In this document: piece by piece, positions 44,810 to 51,953 of the stretch
How the letters are laid out: every line of letters starts with the position of its first letter
Position numbering within the stretch: the stretch's first letter is position 1
Origin: Acutalibacteraceae bacterium
GTDB taxonomy: Bacteria; Bacillota; Clostridia; Oscillospirales; Acutalibacteraceae
Direction: 5' to 3'
Assembly: GCA_045613085.1 (NCBI GenBank)
Contig: JAZLAG010000003.1
Span: 48,696-112,695, forward strand
Length of the DNA stretch: 64,000 bases
Notes under the pieces: generated by a model
Told to the model about the DNA's origin: nothing
Seen by the model: the letters and a program-made list of their open reading frames with translations, nothing else
The model's database searches: none
Made by a program: the position numbers and the translations under genes

Positions 44810-46465
44810 TCATTGTTTTTTATTTTTAGCTATACACTTGCTATAATTACAATCTTTACTTTCAATTACTTCAATCGGAAACTCTTTATTAATGCAAAAT
44901 GTAATTTTTTCTAAACTATTTTCGTTTGATTTTTTTAATTTTAACCCTCTGTATAATAAAGTATATATAGCAACGACACGATCAGATAATTCATATTTAT
45001 CAATTGTTGTACTTACTGTATCATATGTACATATCACATCCGTTACAACAATTATGTTTTTATCTTTGGGTAACACTTGCTCTATATCATTCGTAGAATT
45101 TTTATCTTCAGATTTCGCTGGGATAACATATTGAAACGGAAGATTGAGTTTCATAGCCAAAAGAGCTGCTAATATTGAACCTTCTAAATCCAAGCCAATA
45201 ATTATAGCGTTCTCATTAAAGCTTTTTTTTGTGCAATGTTCAGCGAATTTTTCTATACATATATCACAAATTTTTTCAGTTTCAATTATTTCATTTGTGT
45301 CAATCCAATCGCGAGAACAATATTTGCTATTTATTTTATAATGACCACCATCTAACAAATTTTTGTTTTCAATATATTCTTTCAAAATATTACTTGTATG
45401 TTCATGTAAAACATCTGGATACTCATATTCCATAGATTCTATTAATTCTGTTTTAACTATGGCTTTATCTTCAGCATTGATAATTGTGCTTAATTCCTTA
45501 AGATTATTAAAGGAAGATATTGGATCCAACATACTATTTATTTCTCTATTAACAATTTCATTACCAGATACGATTTTAATCTTATCGCTACGAAAACCAA
45601 TTTTTGAATTTTCTGGTTTATTGAAGACAAGATTTAATGCAGTTGTTAACTCTTTTAATATTTTGCTTCGCACTTCCATTATCTCACAAACAATATTTGA
45701 AATATCATCATTATTTAAATTTATATATTCATCATCGCAATATATTTCTATTTGTGATAAATCATTTTCAGTATAATCCATCATACTGAAATAATGTAAT
45801 CGTTTCCAGTGTTTAATCGATATTCGTTCCTTTTCATTTTCTACTGAAAGTTGATCTGCAAATAGTTCAGTTCCTAATCGGTCTGAAGTGATATCAAACT
45901 CATCTGCTAATCTTAAAATTGCAGCAATTGCTTTCCCGTTAATTCCCCCACTCATTCTGAATAATAATTCAGGATTTTTTATTCCGTTTTTTTCGTCTTC
46001 AACAGAACCATCTTTTATATCACTGTGTGCTGTAATAATTTTCCTAATAACACTTATATCGTTATGTGTAATATTATTTCTTTGTTTTTCTTGAGCTAGT
46101 GGCGATGATTGATTATTCTCTTCATCCTTTACATAATCTGCAGACTCTTTAGAATGTGTATTTCTATTCCAATTTTTATTTACTGCCATAGATATATCAT
46201 GAAACAGAACCGATAAATGTAAAACATAGAGTTCTTTAGATGTAAACATATTTGAATCAGCGTGTAACAATATTATTTCACTTATAATTCTGAATATATC
46301 GTTGCAGTGCTTATCGAAATCATGAGCAGTGTACAAAACTTCACCTATAGGGCACCCCCTGTTTAGGAGTTCCCCGTAATGCTCAGCCAATCTATCAAAA
46401 GATTCCTGATGTTCTTTTTCCATCAATATATAACATTGGTATTGTGTATAATCCTTTTTAATCAT
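44810..46465 (-). CDS. HD-domain phosphohydrolase fused to a type I phosphoribosyltransferase (PRTase)-fold domain; gene 3 of the candidate system
   Basis: 551 aa. HD elements: FDKHCNDIF, LFHDIS (46190-46207), TAHSD, RLADEFD. C-terminal PRTase signatures: IIIGLDLEGSILAALLA and PRPP-loop-like NIIVVTDVICTYDTV (45014-45058). GGAGGAG RBS; 8-nt overlap with the upstream gene. Confidence 0.65.
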   Translation of the reverse strand: MIKKDYTQYQCYILMEKEHQESFDRLAEHYGELLNRGCPIGEVLYTAHDFDKHCNDIFRIISEIILLHADSNMFTSKELYVLHLSVLFHDISMAVNKNWNRNTHSKESADYVKDEENNQSSPLAQEKQRNNITHNDISVIRKIITAHSDIKDGSVEDEKNGIKNPELLFRMSGGINGKAIAAILRLADEFDITSDRLGTELFADQLSVENEKERISIKHWKRLHYFSMMDYTENDLSQIEIYCDDEYINLNNDDISNIVCEIMEVRSKILKELTTALNLVFNKPENSKIGFRSDKIKIVSGNEIVNREINSMLDPISSFNNLKELSTIINAEDKAIVKTELIESMEYEYPDVLHEHTSNILKEYIENKNLLDGGHYKINSKYCSRDWIDTNEIIETEKICDICIEKFAEHCTKKSFNENAIIIGLDLEGSILAALLAMKLNLPFQYVIPAKSEDKNSTNDIEQVLPKDKNIIVVTDVICTYDTVSTTIDKYELSDRVVAIYTLLYRGLKLKKSNENSLEKITFCINKEFPIEVIESKDCNYSKCIAKNKKQ

Positions 46466-47459
46466 TTGCTCCTCCTAAATCATCACTAAAGCCAGAAATT
46501 ATGTAATCTATGTTCTGTTCTTTTGTATTAACAAGTGAGATAATTTTATTTAAAATAGATTCAGCGTATTTATCTGAAGTTGTATTTATATACGAAGCTA
46601 CAGAAATACCTCCGATAAGGTTTGCTCCAGCAAGAGTTATAATGGTATTTAAAGTTTTAATTTCGGTACCAAGGCATACAAAATCGCTCACAACATAATA
46701 CGACTTATCTCTTCTAATCTTATTAAATATATTTGATATTGAGGTGTTTTTTGGCCCCAAACCTAGACAATGAACAACTTTTTTGTTTAGTAATTTCCCT
46801 ACTAAAGTTGCGATAATACCACCCGTTTTACTTGTGCTAATAAGAGCATCAATTTTATCAATACCAAAATCATAAATATGTTTAGCAAGTTCATATATTA
46901 TAAACATATAAGAATTAAAACCGTAAAAAATTCTATTGATATGGGTGTATGTTGAACTATATATACCAGATGAATCAAGAAATTTGATACCGCCAGTTTC
47001 TATTACATTATTTAATTGTAATATCTCCATAATATGCATTGAATATATTTTTCTATAGTCCAATTTCTCAACAATCTTCAAATCGTTTATATTTTTACCA
47101 TAAACATCATTTTCATTTTGCAACCCATTAATGCTTTCAATTATTCTTTCTCCTATTAATAAATCATTTCCAACATTAACAAAAAAAAGATTATCTATAA
47201 ACTTACTATTATTATAATTTTCGAAAGCTCTATTACAAAACACTATATTCTTAAAATCTAAGATTATTTTAGAAGTTTTGTTTTTAGAATAAAGTGTTTC
47301 AATATAAATTTTCAGTTCATTGATAAATTGATCTGATAATGCAATATCTCTTTCATATTGTGGCATCTTTGTACTATTCTTAAAAACAAAAATAAAAGTA
47401 TTATATGCAAGAGGAATTAAATACATTTCATCATTCTTTATACAATAAAAATCAAACAT
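46458..47459 (-). CDS. PRTase-fold protein with N-terminal alpha/beta (possibly STAS-like) module; gene 2 of the candidate system
   Basis: 333 aa. ALISTSKTGGIIATLVGKLL and PRPP-loop-like YYVVSDFVCLGTEI (46659-46700); FLDSSGIYS at 46956-46982. GAGGAGG RBS; 8-nt overlaps on both sides. Confidence 0.6.
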   Translation of the reverse strand: MFDFYCIKNDEMYLIPLAYNTFIFVFKNSTKMPQYERDIALSDQFINELKIYIETLYSKNKTSKIILDFKNIVFCNRAFENYNNSKFIDNLFFVNVGNDLLIGERIIESINGLQNENDVYGKNINDLKIVEKLDYRKIYSMHIMEILQLNNVIETGGIKFLDSSGIYSSTYTHINRIFYGFNSYMFIIYELAKHIYDFGIDKIDALISTSKTGGIIATLVGKLLNKKVVHCLGLGPKNTSISNIFNKIRRDKSYYVVSDFVCLGTEIKTLNTIITLAGANLIGGISVASYINTTSDKYAESILNKIISLVNTKEQNIDYIISGFSDDLGGAND

Positions 47460-48411
47460 TTCTATTTACCTCCTCTTTACTCAATGGTATTTCTATTTCA
47501 ATATGAACACCTGAAAACTTCAAATTTCTTCGAATATTATTTTTATAATTTTCTGAAAATAACAATGCTCTCATATTTAAATCTGTATTTGACAATTCAA
47601 ATGGGATAATCATATTTTGAGTTAAAATAAGTTGATCTTTGTTAGAGTGTATTCTAACAACACCGCCTAAAGATATTGTTTTTTTTATTACACTATATAA
47701 ACCAAAAGGTTTTTCGTATCTTAAAAAAACACCTTTTATTATAGCGTCTAATTCATTTTCTACTACGCTTCCTTTACTTTTAAAAGAATTTAAAAATCCT
47801 CTACCACAATCAGAATATGATATATACACCTTTTCTCTGGAATAATTATACTGTATTGTCATAAAGCAAAAACTATCTCCATGTTTCTTAGAATTCTCTA
47901 TTATTTCATGAGACAATTCTAATATTAAGTTTGCTGGAACAACATAAGAATTGTATTTTTCTAGAAATTTATTAGTAAAACCACGCGAGTAACGGCATAG
48001 TTTGTTCCACGATTCTTGTTCCGTTTCATTTTTATTAAAAAAAACTGTAGTGTTAAGTTTATCCATATTACTCTCAGACATACCAGCCCATATTGAATCA
48101 TCAAAAGAAAAACAACCATATTTTTGTGCGAAATTTATAAATTGTATATCATACAAATATCTCTTTAATTTCCCAGCAGAAATGTTATTGGGAATAAATA
48201 CTTTAGGCGCAGCTCCAGTTGATTCTGAAACAATATAACCTACACAAAGCAAATTAGGAATTACCGAAGGATCAATACTTTTTACCTCTGAAAAATCGAA
48301 TATTAACTGTTTGTTTTTTCCTTCAATGTAATAATTATGCAATTTTCCTAATACCTCATTATAGAATACGTATGAAGTCAAATTTCCATCCAAATGTATT
48401 ATATATTGCAT
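47452..48411 (-). CDS. STAS-like domain fused to a GHKL (RsbW/SpoIIAB-like) ATPase/kinase domain; gene 1 of the candidate system
   Basis: 319 aa. N-half LIFDFSEVKSIDPSVIPNLL (48247-48306). C-half N-box ELSHEIIENSKKHG (47878-47919), G1 DCGRG (47797-47811), G2-like FGLYSV...GGVVRIHS. GGAGG RBS. Confidence 0.6.
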   Translation of the reverse strand: MQYIIHLDGNLTSYVFYNEVLGKLHNYYIEGKNKQLIFDFSEVKSIDPSVIPNLLCVGYIVSESTGAAPKVFIPNNISAGKLKRYLYDIQFINFAQKYGCFSFDDSIWAGMSESNMDKLNTTVFFNKNETEQESWNKLCRYSRGFTNKFLEKYNSYVVPANLILELSHEIIENSKKHGDSFCFMTIQYNYSREKVYISYSDCGRGFLNSFKSKGSVVENELDAIIKGVFLRYEKPFGLYSVIKKTISLGGVVRIHSNKDQLILTQNMIIPFELSNTDLNMRALLFSENYKNNIRRNLKFSGVHIEIEIPLSKEEVNRNV

Positions 48412-48612
48412 TCCTTAGCCTCCTAAATTACTCTTTTATGTTAAAAATAAACTTAAAAACATTAGGTCCTAAATCAACTTTATGTAATGTTTCTCCACCT
48501 AACAGTTTTGGTTTTAAACTAATTTATATACATTATAGTATCAACTTAATTCTATCTTTAAAGAATACTTCTATTTTCTCATTCTTTCAATTAAATTCAC
48601 AAAAATGCTTTC

Positions 48613-48642
48613 ATTTTCGACAAAAACGCTATATTTTCGACA
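48613..48642 (-). promoter_or_regulatory. Direct repeat TGTCGAAAAT x2 (20-nt phasing) upstream of the three-gene operon; possible operator
   Basis: attttcgaca occurs at 48613-48622 and 48633-48642. A TATAAT hexamer (reverse complement of 48532-48537) and TTGATA (48539-48544) lie downstream in the minus sense. Confidence 0.3.
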
Positions 48643-48651
48643 TTTATAAAT

Positions 48652-48698
48652 CAAAAAACAACCCACATCATAGTTATAATTAACTACGATGTGGGTTG
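48652..48698 (-). terminator. Terminator of the flavodoxin-like gene; insulates the three-gene operon
   Basis: Minus-strand CAACCCACATCgtagttaattataactatGATGTGGGTTG followed by ttttttgattt. Confidence 0.75.
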
Positions 48699-48707
48699 GA
48701 CTCTTTT

Positions 48708-49256
48708 TCACTTATTCAAAAAATCAGCTATATTTTTAATCTCAGTTATAACATTGTCGTCTTCAATAGCAGGAACTTCATTTGTATTAAAACTACCTAC
48801 TAATTTATAAATTTCTGTAGTGTTTATATGGTTTAAAACTCCGCACAATGTTTCGTAGGCTTTTTGGGGGTTACCATCACCACCGCCGACAAGGATTATA
48901 GCACCTCTCTTTGATTTGATTAAAGGTACTTGATTGCGAAAATGTTTAGCAGCAAAATATGTTTGAAATCTACTACAAACATCAAGAAGTTTTCCTGTAG
49001 ACTGAGAAAAATATATTGGTGATGCCAACACAACATTGTCACAATCAACTATATAATCATATATTTTTGACATTTCATCGTTGATTGAACATCCATCATT
49101 ACTCCAACAATATCTGCAATCTACACAGGGTGAGATATTAGAATAATAAGCATCAACAATCTTATATTCTCCATTTAGTTGTTCTATTAATTCATTGATT
49201 AAACTTACAGTATCTCCGTTCTTATGCGGAGAACCATTTATAATAAGTGTTTTCAA
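48708..49256 (-). CDS. Flavodoxin-fold NAD(P)H-dependent FMN reductase / iron-sulfur flavoprotein-like
   Basis: LIINGSPHKNGDT, CVDCRYC, VLASPIYF. I prefer the TTG start at 49256 after the GGGAGTG RBS, which overlaps the upstream stop; the track start at 49292 lacks an RBS. Confidence 0.7.
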   Translation of the reverse strand: MKTLIINGSPHKNGDTVSLINELIEQLNGEYKIVDAYYSNISPCVDCRYCWSNDGCSINDEMSKIYDYIVDCDNVVLASPIYFSQSTGKLLDVCSRFQTYFAAKHFRNQVPLIKSKRGAIILVGGGDGNPQKAYETLCGVLNHINTTEIYKLVGSFNTNEVPAIEDDNVITEIKNIADFLNK

Positions 49257-49260
49257 AAAA

Positions 49261-49773
49261 TCACTCCCACAATCCTGAAGTTGATTTACCACTTTTACCT
49301 GTAATGCCTACGACTCTTGGCCATTGGTTAGTCTCAATTATTGTAGTTGCATTTATATTACCTAAATGTGCATAGAAATGACGGAACTGCGACATTATCA
49401 AGCCAAGTCGGTTTTGCTTACAACCGGTTGGTATCTCATACAACATTTCATCGTCAAGGCTATTCAAATAATCTGTGATTTTTGCTTTTATGCTTTGCAA
49501 ATACTCCTGTAACTGCTCTTTTGACAATGTTTCTTCACTTGCAATATCAAGAGAGTTTAAATTCTCCGTATGAAATGGCGGATGCGCATATTCTTTAGGA
49601 TTTATGTACCATTGGTCTAAACTGTGTAGCATATGATAACAATGTTTCCAAATAGGCATATCGCAGAGAATGTAGTCCATATTACAGGTCTGAAGCATTA
49701 TATCAGCATTAGTGAAAATTGTTTCGGTATTCAGTTTGATTGCATTTACTAAGTCTTTTGCCATAAGCAACAC
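49261..49773 (-). CDS. DinB-superfamily-like helical protein
   Basis: 170 aa with spaced His residues (WKHCYHMLHSLDQW ... FRHFYAHLGN) typical of the DinB/YfiT fold. Confidence 0.5.
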   Translation of the reverse strand: MLLMAKDLVNAIKLNTETIFTNADIMLQTCNMDYILCDMPIWKHCYHMLHSLDQWYINPKEYAHPPFHTENLNSLDIASEETLSKEQLQEYLQSIKAKITDYLNSLDDEMLYEIPTGCKQNRLGLIMSQFRHFYAHLGNINATTIIETNQWPRVVGITGKSGKSTSGLWE

Positions 49774-49779
49774 CTTCTT

Positions 49780-49902
49780 TTATAATTTACAATACATCTC
49801 CTGTGCTTTTGGTATAAAGCCGAGTTTTTCATAAAGTGAAATAGCATTAGTATTTTTAGTAAGCATATGAAGATTTATAAAACTGCAGGTTTGTCTGCAT
49901 TC
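49780..49902 (-). pseudogene. C-terminal remnant of a GNAT acetyltransferase
   Basis: Own translation: ECRQTCSFINLHMLTKNTNAISLYEKLGFIPKAQEMYCKL*, which contains the GNAT motif N..A..LYEKLGF. An in-frame TAG lies immediately upstream and there is no N-terminal part. Confidence 0.5.
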
Positions 49903-49932
49903 CTACTGGAGATTTTGGTTTTAACTACTGAT

Positions 49933-50577
49933 TTATATACAACTAAGAAAATGATCAAACATTTTTTTAATCTGTTCAATCAATTCATATTGTCCAATCT
50001 TAATGTCCTTATCATTTTCTTTAAAAGTATATGAATAAAATTCAGGGTTAGTTTGATTGTTATTTAAATCCGTTTCAATGTGTGAAAAATCACTGACTGA
50101 ATGTTTATAAGAATTAGATATCTCATTTAAGTTGTCTATAAAGTTATAAAATGAATCAAGTTCATCTATAACTTTATATTTAGTTTGTCGTTTAAGATAT
50201 TTTCCAATCGAATCAATTTCTTTAGTTTTATCGTTAATATTATTAACTCCAACTTTATTAATCCACAAACCATAAATCATTTGATCAACTGTTTTTCGTG
50301 CATGATATATTATATCTTCAACAATAATAAAATCTTTTAATTTTGCTGAATAGTATGATTTTTCATCATTAGACAATGATTGGTAACAATTTTTAAAACT
50401 AGAATATGATGCACATAATAATTCAATATGATTAATTCTAACTACTATATCATTACATATCATAATTAGCATTAGTTTATTTTTGTCATAAAGTCTTTGA
50501 AAATGTGTTTTGTACTCCTTAGAAGTTATAAAATCCTTATTGCTTAAGTAATCGTTATGTATTGCTTTTCTTATCAT
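49933..50577 (-). CDS. Hypothetical protein (214 aa), very AT-rich, no recognisable domain
   Basis: The ATG at 50577 is preceded by AAGGAG, 2 nt after the APH stop. The sequence is Lys/Asn/Ile-rich and probably helical. Confidence 0.55.
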   Translation of the reverse strand: MIRKAIHNDYLSNKDFITSKEYKTHFQRLYDKNKLMLIMICNDIVVRINHIELLCASYSSFKNCYQSLSNDEKSYYSAKLKDFIIVEDIIYHARKTVDQMIYGLWINKVGVNNINDKTKEIDSIGKYLKRQTKYKVIDELDSFYNFIDNLNEISNSYKHSVSDFSHIETDLNNNQTNPEFYSYTFKENDKDIKIGQYELIEQIKKMFDHFLSCI

Positions 50578-50579
50578 AA

Positions 50580-51449
50580 TTATACTCCTTTTATATACCA
50601 AGTTGGCACAGGGTTCTGCATATTGTCGTACCAATCAAGCACATCCTTTGCTTGATTCAGCATTGTCTGAATTTCGCCATCACCGAAAGGAATTGCCCAC
50701 GGGATTGATGAAAGCATATTACTGCTGATGTAAAGTGCGAGGAGTTTCCAAAAATCCATAGGTACTTGCATTTCAAAATAGCCATTAACGATACCTGATG
50801 CAAAAAGCGGAGCAGACTGTGCACACCATACAATGCGATTGAATTCTTCCCACGGATCACCGAAATCATATCGGTCAAAATCAATAATAACGATTTTGCC
50901 ATTTTCAATCATCATATTACCGATATGATAATCTCCGTGCTGATAAGTTTGAGGTCTGTTTTTCAGCAAATGTCGGTTAGCTTCTATGTAATCAATTATA
51001 TATTCAGCACCATTAAATTTCACAGGACAGTCATTATACATCTGTATTTTTCTGTCCATCTTCCTATTGAATCGCTCTTCCCAATCTGGTTGGTCTGCAG
51101 GTGCTGGTATTGAGTGAATTTTCTTTAAAATTCTGCCTGCTTCAAGTCCGAGTGCATACTGTTCAGAGTCTGCAAGATATGGAACAACCTCATTTGCATC
51201 TTTGCCATCAATCCAAGTCTGCAATGTATAAACACCCTCGTCACACTTGCCAAAGTCAACAGGCTTACACATAGGCACACCAAGCTTTTCAACTTGCTTT
51301 TGCATAATGTACATATTCTCACGGTTTGCACTCTTTTCAAAAGGTGTAACACGTAAAAGATATTTTGTACCGTCAGCAGTTGTGACACAATATTTCTTGT
51401 CACCCGACCAACCTTTGTTTATGGATTTTTTTGTTATAAAATCAATCAT
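50580..51449 (-). CDS. Aminoglycoside/antibiotic phosphotransferase (APH) family kinase
   Basis: Brenner motif HGDYHIGNMM and metal-binding IIDFDRYDFGDPWEEF. Confidence 0.85.
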   Translation of the reverse strand: MIDFITKKSINKGWSGDKKYCVTTADGTKYLLRVTPFEKSANRENMYIMQKQVEKLGVPMCKPVDFGKCDEGVYTLQTWIDGKDANEVVPYLADSEQYALGLEAGRILKKIHSIPAPADQPDWEERFNRKMDRKIQMYNDCPVKFNGAEYIIDYIEANRHLLKNRPQTYQHGDYHIGNMMIENGKIVIIDFDRYDFGDPWEEFNRIVWCAQSAPLFASGIVNGYFEMQVPMDFWKLLALYISSNMLSSIPWAIPFGDGEIQTMLNQAKDVLDWYDNMQNPVPTWYIKGV

Positions 51450-51951
51450 TGTAATATCCTTTTTCTTTGAACCAGTTAGTGTATCTTCTTTTTTGTGTAT
51501 CTATCATTTTATCGGAATTAACAAACTCAATAAATTCATTTTCGCTAACCCATTTGAAAGATATTGTTTCACCTTTTTGGAGTTTTACATTATTTTTATC
51601 ACAATTTGTAGTGCATAAGAAACAATGAAATAAACATTTATCATCATCGAAAGTATAATAAGCAAACTCTTTAAAATCGTTGCAAACTATCCCCGTTTCT
51701 TCAAACAATTCACGCTTTATGCAATCGATTTCATTTTCGCCTTTAAGAGCAGAACCACCTGCTGTTGCTTCGTAAAAACCTGGGTAAATATCTTTCTTCA
51801 AATCTCGTTGCATTAGAAGATAATCACCATCTGTATGACGAACAAGCACTTCGCAAACAAGGTGATAAATTCCATCTGGAATAGGTTTACCACGGACTAA
51901 ATCTATATTTGCTAAAGTTCCATCTTTATGATATCCATCCCAAATTTCCAT
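51442..51951 (-). CDS. NUDIX hydrolase
   Basis: Nudix box GGSALKGENEIDCIKRELFEETGI. The start at 51951 follows an AAGAGGTG RBS. Confidence 0.85.
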   Translation of the reverse strand: MEIWDGYHKDGTLANIDLVRGKPIPDGIYHLVCEVLVRHTDGDYLLMQRDLKKDIYPGFYEATAGGSALKGENEIDCIKRELFEETGIVCNDFKEFAYYTFDDDKCLFHCFLCTTNCDKNNVKLQKGETISFKWVSENEFIEFVNSDKMIDTQKRRYTNWFKEKGYYND

Positions 51952-51953
51952 AA

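Noticed and set aside
45144-46094. Several plus-strand ORFs (65-137 aa) antisense to the HD-PRTase gene, and similar ones antisense to the other two system genes (46510-46698, 47639-47845, 48002-48238)
   Set aside because: They are shadow ORFs with low-complexity Ile/Phe/Ser/Leu-rich translations and no RBS. The minus-strand frames carry recognisable catalytic motifs and coupled starts.
48372-48683. 103-aa plus-strand ORF spanning the operon control region
   Set aside because: It overlaps the P1 start, the promoter/operator region and a terminator. It has no RBS and an implausible composition.
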